Below, piece by piece: positions 38,866-48,842 of a DNA stretch of 64,000 nt. The notes below the pieces were generated by a model. It was not told the origin of the DNA. It ran no database searches and worked only from the letters and a program-made list of their open reading frames with translations. The stretch lies in the NCBI GenBank assembly GCA_944332555.1, contig CALVKF010000002.1:2962-66961 (forward strand), given 5' to 3'. Both the position numbers and the translations under genes were made by a program. Position 1 is the stretch's first letter; every line of letters begins with the position of its first letter. This DNA is from an uncultured Bacilli bacterium. GTDB taxonomy: Bacteria > Bacillota_I > Bacilli_A > RF39 > UBA660.

Positions 38866-38900
38866 AAAAAGTAGGTTAATTTTCAAACCTACTTATTTTT
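38866..38900. terminator. bidirectional intrinsic terminator (Abi-like gene / eno)
   Basis: Stem AGTAGGTT/AACCTACT (38870-38877, 38886-38893) flanked by an A-run and a T-run. Overlaps the eno stop codon. Confidence 0.6.
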
Positions 38901-40124
38901 ATTAAGTTTTTCTTCAATTCGAAGTAATTGATTGTATTTAGCAATTCTCTCTCCTCTACACATTGAACCGGTTTTAATAAATGGAATTGCTAAACCTACC
39001 GCTAAATCAGCAATAAATGTATCTTCAGTTTCCCCACTTCTGTGAGATATAATTGTTTTATAATTATTCTTTTTAGCAAGTAGTATTGTTTTAGTCATTT
39101 CAGTGATTGTACCTACTTGATTAGCCTTTAAAAGGATTGCATTACCAGCTTTCATATCAATACCCTTTTGTAAATATTTAACATTCGTTACAAAATAATC
39201 ATCACCAACAATCATTATTTTGTCTCCAACTTCTGCCGTAAATTTTTGAAGTGTCACAAAATCATCTTCATAGAATGGATCTTCAATACTTAATATTGGA
39301 TATCTTTTAATTAAACTTTTATAATATTCTATTAATTCGTCACTATTTAATTTCTTGCCATCAATACTATAGGTTTTAGTATCTTTATCATACATTTCAC
39401 TAGCAGCAACATCTAGGGCAATAAATACTTCTTCTCCAGGTTTATATCCCGCTTTTTTTATAGCTTCAACAATAAATTCTAGAGCCATAGCATTATTTTC
39501 TAAATCTGGAGCAAAACCACCTTCATCACCAACACCAACACTATAGTTATTTTTAACAAGTAGTTTCTTTAATTCATGAAATATTTCTGAACCCGCTCTC
39601 ACCCGTTCTTTTATTGTTTTAACTACTGGTACAATCATAAATTCTTGAATATCTATATTATTTACAGCATGAGCCCCACCATTAATGATATTAATCATTG
39701 GAATTGGCATAGAAACATTTTTACTAGAAACATATTCAAACAAATCTTTTTTTTCAGATTCCGCTAGACACTTAAGACATGCAAGGGATACTCCTAAGAT
39801 GGCATTAGCTCCCAATTTACTTTTATTTTCGGTTCCATCAAGTTCAATTAATATTTTATCAACATCAGCTTGATTAGCTTTTTTACCAAGAAGTGCTGGA
39901 GCAATAATTTTATTAACATTTTCAACAGCCTTTAGAACTCCTTTACCACCATATCTAGCTTCATCTTTGTCTCTTAGTTCCAAAGCTTCACGTGATCCAG
40001 TTGATGCCCCACTAGGGACACTTGCTCGCATTTTTACATTATTATCTAGAGTCATTTCTACTTCAACTGTAGGATTTCCTCTACTATCTAAAATTTCTCT
40101 TGCTTTAACATCTTTAATTAACAT
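38889..40124 (-). CDS. eno: enolase
   Basis: [24 protein letters not shown]..., SHRSGETED. Start taken at 40124 behind GAGGTGAT. Confidence 0.95.
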   Translation of the reverse strand: MLIKDVKAREILDSRGNPTVEVEMTLDNNVKMRASVPSGASTGSREALELRDKDEARYGGKGVLKAVENVNKIIAPALLGKKANQADVDKILIELDGTENKSKLGANAILGVSLACLKCLAESEKKDLFEYVSSKNVSMPIPMINIINGGAHAVNNIDIQEFMIVPVVKTIKERVRAGSEIFHELKKLLVKNNYSVGVGDEGGFAPDLENNAMALEFIVEAIKKAGYKPGEEVFIALDVAASEMYDKDTKTYSIDGKKLNSDELIEYYKSLIKRYPILSIEDPFYEDDFVTLQKFTAEVGDKIMIVGDDYFVTNVKYLQKGIDMKAGNAILLKANQVGTITEMTKTILLAKKNNYKTIISHRSGETEDTFIADLAVGLAIPFIKTGSMCRGERIAKYNQLLRIEEKLNKNK

Positions 40125-40191
40125 TTTTTTATCACCTCGTATAACAAGTATATCACAAATCAAAAAAATCTGCATCCCTGCAGACTTAATT

Positions 40192-40779
40192 TTACCAAAA
40201 TATATCCATTATTTCTTTGGCTTTAGTTTTAAATGTTATCGCATCACTTAAATTAATTATTCCACTAATAATTAGAAAAGCTCCAGTTATTTGGGTTAAG
40301 GCAAATGCCGTAAATGGGTTGAAGACTATCATTATCCCAAGAATAACTAAAAGTATTCCTGCAACTAGTGTAACAAGCCAAGCTTTACTTCCCCCACGTT
40401 TAAGCCATAAACCATAATTAATTTCTGTAGCACCATTAACAACTAAAAATAATCCAAGACATACTGTTACAAATTCAATAACACTAAATGGAAATATTAT
40501 TATTACTAAACCAAGTATTAAATAAAGAATAGCAAATACTAAATTTAAAGAATAAATTTTAGCTCCATCTCTCTTTAAATACTTATATGCGGTAGTTATT
40601 CCAAAGATAATAAATATTACCCCAGTAATTATACCTACAACCTTATTAGATAAATTAGGTAAAAATAATAACACAATACCAACTATAATAGTAATAATTG
40701 CTGAAATAATTGAAAATATAACCATTTTGTTATAAACATGTTCAATACTCTTTTTAAATGGAGTAGCCATATACATCAC
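40192..40779 (-). CDS. HdeD/DUF308-like membrane protein
   Basis: Six TM helices with the repeated G(I/V)xxxxxG(I/L) pattern typical of DUF308. Confidence 0.45.
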   Translation of the reverse strand: MMYMATPFKKSIEHVYNKMVIFSIISAIITIIVGIVLLFLPNLSNKVVGIITGVIFIIFGITTAYKYLKRDGAKIYSLNLVFAILYLILGLVIIIFPFSVIEFVTVCLGLFLVVNGATEINYGLWLKRGGSKAWLVTLVAGILLVILGIMIVFNPFTAFALTQITGAFLIISGIINLSDAITFKTKAKEIMDIFW

Positions 40780-40864
40780 CCTAATATAATTGTAAATGTT
40801 TATTTAAAAGTTGTCAATCACTTTTAAATATGATATAATTTATTCTTAAATGTGGGAGGTAAAT

Positions 40865-42091
40865 ATGTACTTAAGAGAATTATCATTAGATGATTTTAAA
40901 AGTTTTGCAGAAACTAATATTATTGCTAATGCTTATCAAAGTGTTAGTTATGCAATGCTTAAAGCTGAAGAAGGCTACGACTATGAATTTATTGGTTTAA
41001 TTAGTGATAATAAGGTTATTGCTGTAGCTTTAATATTATATAAAAAAATTGGCAATCATTATTATGGGTATTCTCCCCGTGGTTTTTTAGTAGATTATTC
41101 TAATATTTTCATATTAGAAACATTTACTAGAGAAATAAAAGAACATTACAAAAAGAAAAATTTTGTATTTATTAAAATAAATCCAGAAATTGCTATTGGT
41201 AAATTAAATAAAAAAACCGGTAATTTTGAATATAATGAAAACTATAATATAATTAGTAATTTAAATAAGTGCGGTTATAAGAAATTAAAGAGCAACACCA
41301 ATTTTGAGGCATTACTCCCAAGAATAAATGCTATAGTTAATTTAGAAAATTTTGATTTAGATAAAATAAGTAAAAATACTAGAAATAAAGTTAAAAAGGC
41401 TATTAGAAAAGGTTTAGTTCTAGAACAAGCGGATATATCTAAAGTAAATATCTTTTATGAATTTATAAAAGATAAAATAAATAAAAATGAATTTCATTAT
41501 AATGATTTATATAATGTATTTAATAAACAAAATGATATAGATTTCTTTCTAGTTAGAGTAGATTATAAATATTATTTAATAAATTCTCAAAATTATTATG
41601 AACATGAACTTAAAAAAAATAATGATTTTACAGAAAAAATTATTAGAAAGAATACTCCGACGGTTATTAATGCTAAAATGAATTCTGATAGAGCATTACT
41701 TTCATATAAAAACGATATTACTGAAGCATCAAAACACTTAAATACTAATGAAGATGTATATGTTGCAGGAGCTATGGTTATTAAATTTAATAATAGAATT
41801 ACTATTTATATTAGTGGATATGATAAAGATTTGAGAAGATATCCAGCAAATTATTTTCTATATTATGCAATACTTTATTTTTATAAAGATAAATATAAAT
41901 ATGCTGATTTAAATGGGGTTACAGTTGATTCTAGAGATAATCCTTACCATGGATTAAACAGATTTAAAAATGGTTTTAATCCAGATATATATGAATATAT
42001 TGGAGAATTTGATTTAGTAATTGATGAACATCAATATACTCATTTACTTAAAAATGGAATGCTTGCTAATGAATTTAATAAAAACAGTTAA
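40865..42091 (+). CDS. FemAB-family peptidoglycan interpeptide-bridge aminoacyltransferase
   Basis: Length and layout are typical of FemX/MurM (two GNAT-like halves, ...GYSPRGFL..., ...ISGYDKDLRRYPANYFLYY..., LNRFKNGFNP). GGGAGG RBS before ATG 40865. Confidence 0.65.
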   Translation: MYLRELSLDDFKSFAETNIIANAYQSVSYAMLKAEEGYDYEFIGLISDNKVIAVALILYKKIGNHYYGYSPRGFLVDYSNIFILETFTREIKEHYKKKNFVFIKINPEIAIGKLNKKTGNFEYNENYNIISNLNKCGYKKLKSNTNFEALLPRINAIVNLENFDLDKISKNTRNKVKKAIRKGLVLEQADISKVNIFYEFIKDKINKNEFHYNDLYNVFNKQNDIDFFLVRVDYKYYLINSQNYYEHELKKNNDFTEKIIRKNTPTVINAKMNSDRALLSYKNDITEASKHLNTNEDVYVAGAMVIKFNNRITIYISGYDKDLRRYPANYFLYYAILYFYKDKYKYADLNGVTVDSRDNPYHGLNRFKNGFNPDIYEYIGEFDLVIDEHQYTHLLKNGMLANEFNKNS

Positions 42092-43728
42092 CTCTGTTTT
42101 TTTCTTGTTCTTAACATTGTTAACCGTTTTCTTAAATTACTTTCAGCAATTATTAAGTTCTTTTTAGTTTCTCCATCCACATCCTTTTGGAGCATTTGTT
42201 CATAACTTTCACCATAGCAATCATATAAAACTTTATGTTGTCTTGATGCAATATGAGCAGTACTATATAAATATTCAAGCTCATCATCACTTGCATCAAT
42301 ACGATACTTTAAATACTTTAATCTTTCATTTATATAGTCTTGTAATCGATCTTTTATTATATTTAATTTTATTAAAGTTTCACTATTTATGCATGTTTCT
42401 TTTTTTAAATCTTTACCAAATACTTCAAATAATAAACTATTTTCTAAAGTATTTTGTTCTCTTATTATATCTTCTAAAATACTTTTAGTACAACCCAAAA
42501 ACTCTTGGGCAGTAATTATATTTTTATCTTCTTCTTTTTTCATTAAATAGGTTCCCATTTTTTCTAAAGAACTTTCTTTAATTTGCCTAACTCTTTCTTT
42601 AGATATATTAAATTTTTTGCCGATTTCTTCTAATGAATAACCTTCAAAATATATCATTTTTATTATTTGTCTATTTCTTTCACTTAATAAATTTAAACTT
42701 TCTAAAGTAACCATTCTATTTACTACTACTTCTTCTATATTTTCATCACTACAAGCCTCATATTTTAAATCTCCATTATCATATCTTTCATCTAAAGATA
42801 CTTCAGTTACTATATTAGATAAATAATTTTGAACTCTATTTAAAGACATATTTAGAGCATTAGCAATTATTTCTGGACGAGGTTTTTCATAATATTGTTC
42901 TTGATACTTTGCAATAAAATTAATTACTTTCTTTTTATTAATAGTATATGTATATGAAAAATTTTCTTGGGAATTAATAAAGTGTAATATTCTTTCATTA
43001 ACCCAAAAACTTGCATAATAAGAAAAAGAAACACCTCTTTGATAATCATATTTTTCCACAGCTTTAATTAGCCCAATATTTCCTTCTTGAATTAAATCTA
43101 AATAATCTACTCTTTCATGAAGGTGATTTAGAGCAAAATCAGCCACTAAACGAAGATTTGATTTAACTATAAATTTAACTAATTCGCTATATTCCTCGCT
43201 ATTTTTATCTAATGTACTTAATTTTTCAAAATATCTATATGTTTCTTCTTTAGATAATAGGGGAATTCTTCTAATTTCTGTTAAATATGTTTTAATACTA
43301 TTGGTACTTACATCAATATCATCCGATAAAATTCCTTTAATATCTGTATACATAATTAATAAATTAGTAATATTGTTATTATTAGATAGCATTAATATTT
43401 CATTAATAGTTATATTATTTTTTCTAATTATACTAGCTAAAAGCAAATCAAAATCTGGATAGTTATTAAGAATATATTGTAATTGTTCATAGCTTATAAT
43501 TATATCATAATCACCTAAAATGACCACTAAATCTAAATTGTTATTTAGAAGACAATAATTGATAAACCAATCTATTTCTAGATTGTTCCAATCATTTTCG
43601 ATATCTTTAATAATTCTACTTATAGCTGCACTATATACATAATTACTTCTTATAGCAATTCTTTTAAAATATAATTCTTCTTGTTTATAAAAACTAAATT
43701 CATTAGTAATTCTTTCTATAAAAGACAT
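42088..43728 (-). CDS. sigma-70 family factor with ~150-aa N-terminal and ~150-aa C-terminal extensions
   Basis: Region 1.2/2 is YLTEIRRIPLLSKEE...DLIQEGNIGLIKAVEKYDYQRGVSFSYYASFWVNERI. The region 4 HTH is YSLEEIGKKFNISKERVRQIKESSLEKM. About 150 aa of unassigned sequence lie on each side. Confidence 0.75.
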   Translation of the reverse strand: MSFIERITNEFSFYKQEELYFKRIAIRSNYVYSAAISRIIKDIENDWNNLEIDWFINYCLLNNNLDLVVILGDYDIIISYEQLQYILNNYPDFDLLLASIIRKNNITINEILMLSNNNNITNLLIMYTDIKGILSDDIDVSTNSIKTYLTEIRRIPLLSKEETYRYFEKLSTLDKNSEEYSELVKFIVKSNLRLVADFALNHLHERVDYLDLIQEGNIGLIKAVEKYDYQRGVSFSYYASFWVNERILHFINSQENFSYTYTINKKKVINFIAKYQEQYYEKPRPEIIANALNMSLNRVQNYLSNIVTEVSLDERYDNGDLKYEACSDENIEEVVVNRMVTLESLNLLSERNRQIIKMIYFEGYSLEEIGKKFNISKERVRQIKESSLEKMGTYLMKKEEDKNIITAQEFLGCTKSILEDIIREQNTLENSLLFEVFGKDLKKETCINSETLIKLNIIKDRLQDYINERLKYLKYRIDASDDELEYLYSTAHIASRQHKVLYDCYGESYEQMLQKDVDGETKKNLIIAESNLRKRLTMLRTRKKQS

Positions 43729-43787
43729 AATAATCACCACTTGGTGATTATTATAGCATTAGTTAGGAAAAAATTAAAGAGAAAACC

Positions 43788-45014
43788 TTAATTAATGCGA
43801 ATGGGGTCAGAAATTGTCCCTGTTCCAGAGATATATGCGACATTGGAGTTAAGGTAGAAACAAGGACGGATTGCACAGCCAAAAGTACTAATGCTTAAAG
43901 AAGATAAATTGCCATTACCACCAATATATGGAGCACTATTTGAAGAATTATTAGAATAAATAATCCACTCATAAAGTCCATTGAATAGCCAATTACTATT
44001 AGCTGCATTAGAATACGACCACATTGTTAAATTCCAATAGCTTGTATCTGATGCATATCCATAATCACTTGCATACATTAGTCCTATTTTCGCACTTATA
44101 CTATCTCCAGATCTTTCAGCATCATACCAAGTTATTAATGAATCAGAAATACTTGCTCCATTTAAATACCAATTTGTTATGGCAATTTTATCACTCCACA
44201 TATCTTTCAAATAATTCAGATATAAATTATTTAAATTTATAGTATTTAAAGGGCTATTTTTCCATATAGCATTATCATCTAGATTCCAATAATAGCTCGC
44301 AATATTATCTATATTCATATTTCCTTTATACTCACTTGTACTCATGTTATATTTTCCATAATATGTTCCTTCAGTTCCTGTCATTTCTAATGTTGTATAA
44401 TCAGCTTTGATTAATTTTACTTGATATTCTCCACTGTCATTGAATACTCCAATTATTCGATACAAGTTATCACTCGGACATGTTGCTTCATCCGAACCAA
44501 AACATACATAATTATTAGGATTTGCCCCTGAATACCTATAACTGTTGTCTCCAGACTCTAAATTTGCATTTGCATGTGTCCCTATACCATCATGAAAATA
44601 TAAGTTATTTACTCCATCATCTACATATATATTATTTATAATATAATCCGCTAATGTAGGAGGAGAATATATATCAAAATATACATAACACTTTGCGGCA
44701 GTATTTGTTTTCAAATTAATTGTATTTAATTCTTCATTCCAAGATAATTCCCCACCGTTTTCACAACTAGACATCTGTTCATTAAATATATACCCGTCTC
44801 CAGGCCATAAAGAAGAATTTGATTTTTCATATATGCCTGAATCTGCTTCTGTTTCTATCATTAATGTTAAAAAGCTATTGTTATATTCTTTTTCCTCATT
44901 AATTTCATAAACTTTATGATCATCCATATTATTAAAGATAATAATTGTTATTATACTTAATGTTAATAACACACTACTTATCAACAATAATTTTTTTAAA
45001 TTCATAATTTTCAC
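43788..45014 (-). CDS. membrane-anchored secreted protein, paralog family P (copy 1)
   Basis: N-terminal signal-anchor. Conserved blocks shared with 45777..47492 and 59073..60848 are LADYII.N.YVDDGVN.LY.HD, GDNSYRYSGANPNNYVCFGSD..CP..NLYRIIGVF, KIGLMY.SDYGYA and IRP.FYL.S...YISGTGTISDP.RI. Confidence 0.6.
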   Translation of the reverse strand: MKIMNLKKLLLISSVLLTLSIITIIIFNNMDDHKVYEINEEKEYNNSFLTLMIETEADSGIYEKSNSSLWPGDGYIFNEQMSSCENGGELSWNEELNTINLKTNTAAKCYVYFDIYSPPTLADYIINNIYVDDGVNNLYFHDGIGTHANANLESGDNSYRYSGANPNNYVCFGSDEATCPSDNLYRIIGVFNDSGEYQVKLIKADYTTLEMTGTEGTYYGKYNMSTSEYKGNMNIDNIASYYWNLDDNAIWKNSPLNTINLNNLYLNYLKDMWSDKIAITNWYLNGASISDSLITWYDAERSGDSISAKIGLMYASDYGYASDTSYWNLTMWSYSNAANSNWLFNGLYEWIIYSNNSSNSAPYIGGNGNLSSLSISTFGCAIRPCFYLNSNVAYISGTGTISDPIRIN

Positions 45015-45113
45015 TATCCTTTAATTTATAATAACACAAAATTAAAAAAATGCTAGTTTTAAACTAGCAGAAACATTAAAAATATTAATATACAATATTT
45101 TTAGGTGATATAC

Positions 45114-45383
45114 ATGGACAATTACAATTTAAATGATTTTTATAGATTAATTGGTGATAATATTAAAAAGATAAGAACCGAACACAATGACAGTCAAGAA
45201 ACTTTGGCTGAAAAAATAGATATGAGTAGAGGTTTTTTGTCTCAAATAGAAAGTCCTGGTTTGTGCGTTGGAGTTTCTCTTGATACTTTATTTAAAATAT
45301 GTATGATTTATAATATTGATATTAGAGATTTATTTAATGGATTTGAAAATTTTGTAGATAATAAAAATAATAGGTCTAATTAG
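45114..45383 (+). CDS. small XRE-family HTH regulator (module 1)
   Basis: IGDNIKKIRTEHNDSQETLAEKIDMSRGFLSQIE. AGGTGA RBS before ATG 45114. Divergent from 43788..45014. Confidence 0.7.
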   Translation: MDNYNLNDFYRLIGDNIKKIRTEHNDSQETLAEKIDMSRGFLSQIESPGLCVGVSLDTLFKICMIYNIDIRDLFNGFENFVDNKNNRSN

Positions 45384-45776
45384 AACTATTATTTTTTATA
45401 CTTTAATTTATTTTGTTATTATAATTTTTAAACATTATATAATATTATCTAATTCTGCTCACCTACGGACAGTTTTTAAAAATCATAAAAATAGATGTAC
45501 CATACTTGCTACACCTATTGTCCTTTAAACCTGAAAAACACCCTCTTTCTGTTATTAGAAACTCTATTTAAAAAGCAAAAATCTAATAGTTTTTACATTG
45601 AAGCCGTTAATAATGCAACTGAAAAATCTTTTTGTGCGTTATAAACTAAATATATATCTATTTTTACTAATTGGGTGTATTCGTAATACACAAATAAAAG
45701 TTAAATTATTCATTTTTGAGCGAACATTTAACCTCTTTTTTTATAGGTTTTACCAATATTTTTTCAAAACTGGCCG

Positions 45777-47492
45777 TTAATCAGTAATTCTAAAAGGCTC
45801 TGATATACTTCCTGTACCAGAGACACATTTTATATCTTGTTTTAGATAAAAAACTGGCCGGATTTCATTCGAATTGTCTACACTATCACTACCGTTGTCT
45901 ATACCATCAGTAACTATATAAAATGCCATAAATTCAGCAAAATGAGAAATAGTCCATTCATCAGGACCCAGGTATATCCAATTGCTTCCTATTGCTGCTC
46001 GGTAATCATAAGAACTTCCATAATTGCCATTGGCATCTGGATACCTGCTACTTGTATATCCTGGGTATGTCCAGTATGTTGGGCTTGCCCCATAATAATA
46101 ATCGCTTAAATACATTAATCCTATTTTCATACTTTCTACATATCCTGCTTGATATTCTCCTACTTCATAATTGTATGCTGTTTGCGCTCCATTGAAATAT
46201 CCGTTTGAATAACTCATTCCTCCTACTTCATAACTATGTGTTGCAATCATACTACTCCATGTCATTCCTAAACTATTATAATATGTATTATTTAACGTAG
46301 TATATATATCTGGTTTGGTTGATGCATCCCATGTATTTCCTTGACCCCAAATATCTGCTTCCCATACATAACTTCCATAACTTGTTGATTTGATTAATTT
46401 TACCTCATTCCCAAACACCCCAATAATGCGATAAAGATTATCTTCAGAACAAATTTCTTCATCACTGCCAAAGCACACATAATTATTGGGATTTGCCCCA
46501 CTATATCTATACGAATTATCTCCTGCTCCATTGGCTAAATCTGCATCATGGTAATATAATCCATTTTCCCCATCAGTTGTATATTGACTTATTATATAAT
46601 TTGCTAACAACACCCCATCTTCAGTGCTTATATTCAATTGATATACTTCAGATAAAATTCCATTAATATCTTTTACATATATTTCTACTTTATAATTAGT
46701 TCCTGTATCTAAATCGCTAAAAACATGACTATTATACAAATCAGATACTGCTATATTCTCGCTTTCAATTACATAATGATATCTAACAATATCTACATCA
46801 CTTGTAGCATCTACTGTTACTGTAAAACCATTGTATGTAACATTACTAACACTTACACTATTTATAACTGGTCCTGATTCATCTGCAGTAGTAACAGTAA
46901 GTTCATATATATTAGATCTAGCATTTGTGCTATCTATAGCATAAATGCTTATCTTATATTCTGTTAGTTTATTTAAGTCATTTATTGTTAATGGATTAGT
47001 TGTTGTTTCTTGATATTCTTCATTATCATTTAATGAATAATAATATGCTGTAATACTACCATTTTCACTTGTTGCACTTATATCTAATGTAACAGATGAT
47101 CCCGTTACATTAGTAACGCTTACATTATCTATCCATACTCCATCATATTTATCAAAATACACATAACAATTATCTGATTTATTACTTAATAAATTTACTG
47201 TTTTATTTATAGAATTATATTCTAGTTCTCCACCATTTTCACAACCACTCAAATTTTCATTAAATATATATCCTGATTCTGGCCATGTTGTATCTTTTGT
47301 TTCTTCATAGATACCTGTACCGGCATCTGTTTCATACATCATAGTTATCATATTACTATTTATTACTTCTGTATCTTTTTTTATATTAGATATTATATTA
47401 TTTTCTTTATTATCCATATTATTAATGATAATAATCATTATTATACTTAATGTTATTAACACACTACTTATCAACAATATTTTTTTATTCAT
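45777..47492 (-). CDS. membrane-anchored secreted protein, paralog family P (copy 2, with two FN3-like inserts)
   Basis: Same N-terminal anchor and C-terminal blocks as copy 1. Two ~90-aa Ig/FN3-like units are inserted (VSVTNVTGSSVTLDISATS...YKISIYAID and VSVSNVTYNGFTVTVDATS...YKVEIYVKD). Confidence 0.6.
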   Translation of the reverse strand: MNKKILLISSVLITLSIIMIIIINNMDNKENNIISNIKKDTEVINSNMITMMYETDAGTGIYEETKDTTWPESGYIFNENLSGCENGGELEYNSINKTVNLLSNKSDNCYVYFDKYDGVWIDNVSVTNVTGSSVTLDISATSENGSITAYYYSLNDNEEYQETTTNPLTINDLNKLTEYKISIYAIDSTNARSNIYELTVTTADESGPVINSVSVSNVTYNGFTVTVDATSDVDIVRYHYVIESENIAVSDLYNSHVFSDLDTGTNYKVEIYVKDINGILSEVYQLNISTEDGVLLANYIISQYTTDGENGLYYHDADLANGAGDNSYRYSGANPNNYVCFGSDEEICSEDNLYRIIGVFGNEVKLIKSTSYGSYVWEADIWGQGNTWDASTKPDIYTTLNNTYYNSLGMTWSSMIATHSYEVGGMSYSNGYFNGAQTAYNYEVGEYQAGYVESMKIGLMYLSDYYYGASPTYWTYPGYTSSRYPDANGNYGSSYDYRAAIGSNWIYLGPDEWTISHFAEFMAFYIVTDGIDNGSDSVDNSNEIRPVFYLKQDIKCVSGTGSISEPFRITD

Positions 47493-47603
47493 ACTTCTTC
47501 ACCACACAAAACATCTATTGTATACACTATAATTTTACAAAAGATGTTTTGTGTTGTCAATACAAAATATGTTTTGTGTGGCAAAATTTAAATAGGTGAT
47601 ATT

Positions 47604-47843
47604 ATGAATATTCAAAGATTAAGAGAAATTAGAGAAGATAAAGATTTAAAACAAAGCGATGTTGCTAGAGCTTTAGGAATAAAACAACAACAATATAGTG
47701 AATATGAAATAGGGAAAAGATTAATACCAATAAATTATTTGTATGATTTGGCAATTTTTTATGATACATCTATTGATTATCTGATTGGCAAAACTGATGT
47801 AAGCAAACCATATCCAAAATCTATATTAGAAAACAAAAGATAA
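47604..47843 (+). CDS. small XRE-family HTH regulator (module 2)
   Basis: LREIREDKDLKQSDVARALGIKQQQYSEYEIGKRLIP. Divergent from 45777..47492. Confidence 0.75.
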   Translation: MNIQRLREIREDKDLKQSDVARALGIKQQQYSEYEIGKRLIPINYLYDLAIFYDTSIDYLIGKTDVSKPYPKSILENKR

Positions 47844-47849
47844 TATTTT

Positions 47850-48842
47850 TTATTCTTTATCATAAATACCTTTTATATCTAAAGCATAATCATAACTTAT
47901 TAATTCATTCATATTAGTTTTAATATAAGCATCTTCTTTATGAGAATAATCACTTATTTCTTGATCACTAAAATCTTTAAAATATTCTTTTACTTTATTT
48001 ATTACTAATAACTCATTACTTGATAAATTTTTATTTTTAATAGGCATCTTACTAATTATTAATTCATGTTCTTTGCCATCAACATATTCTGTTACATAAT
48101 CTATTAAACCTTTCCTATATAGATCATCTAATAATATTTCAAAATGATTTGGAACAGGTCCTTTAGCATATTTAACATATTCTAAACCTGTTATACCTGC
48201 AGCGGTATTTTTATAATTAACAAAATCACTATAAAATAATTCTTTAAATAACTTCATTTTGCTAATAGCACTATTAGTTAAATTAGCTATTGTTTCTTCT
48301 ACTTTGTTAATATTAAATTCTGTATAACCATTATAATCTGCTATATCTTCTTCATTATCAAAGAATGCTTGTAATATAATATTATTTGGTTCTTTACCTA
48401 GCTTTTCTTTTATTTTCTTTAAATCTTTATCAGTTAAATATTGTTCATTTGCTAAAACAAAATTATTAATCATAGAAGGATCGTTTAATAACATTTTTAA
48501 TATAATATAAAAATTATCATTAGGTATAGAAGTTCCATTTTCATAACTAATTAAAGTTTTTCTAGCACAACCAATTATTTTAGCAAATAATTCTTTAGAA
48601 AAACCATAACTTTCTCTTAAGGCTGTTATTTCTTCTGGTCTAATACCATATAAAGAATTATATTTATTATATACTTCTAAGATTGTATTATTATCTAATT
48701 CTTTGTCACGAACTTGATGATTACATTTAGAGCAAAATCTACAATCTGTTTCTACATCAATTTGTATACCTTTTACATTATAAGTATCCTTATATTTTTT
48801 TACATAAGTATCTGTACTTCCACAATTTATACATTTATACAT
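47850..48842 (-). CDS. MqsA-type Zn-ribbon + HTH fused to DUF4065 (SocA/Panacea-like) antitoxin-type domain
   Basis: CINCGS...CSKC zinc ribbon. HTH is FSKELFAKIIGCARKTLISYENG. The C-terminal KLFKELFYSDFVNYKNTAAGITGLEYVKYAKGPVP matches the DUF4065 pattern. Start taken at MYKCINCGS (48842) behind GGTGAGG. Confidence 0.6.
   Translation of the reverse strand: MYKCINCGSTDTYVKKYKDTYNVKGIQIDVETDCRFCSKCNHQVRDKELDNNTILEVYNKYNSLYGIRPEEITALRESYGFSKELFAKIIGCARKTLISYENGTSIPNDNFYIILKMLLNDPSMINNFVLANEQYLTDKDLKKIKEKLGKEPNNIILQAFFDNEEDIADYNGYTEFNINKVEETIANLTNSAISKMKLFKELFYSDFVNYKNTAAGITGLEYVKYAKGPVPNHFEILLDDLYRKGLIDYVTEYVDGKEHELIISKMPIKNKNLSSNELLVINKVKEYFKDFSDQEISDYSHKEDAYIKTNMNELISYDYALDIKGIYDKE

Noticed and set aside
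45598-45780. 60-aa ORF in the gap between XRE module 1 and family-P copy 2. A 34-aa ORF lies in the 26421-26634 gap.
   Set aside because: Neither has a convincing RBS, and their composition is typical of random AT-rich frames. The 26.5-kb one looks like a remnant without its own start context.
47502-47581. The 13-bp inverted repeats flanking the family-P copy 2 promoter as an invertible promoter switch (inverton).
   Set aside because: The enclosed segment is only ~55 bp, a third repeat copy sits inside it, and no invertase or recombinase gene is nearby. A multi-site repressor operator is the simpler reading.
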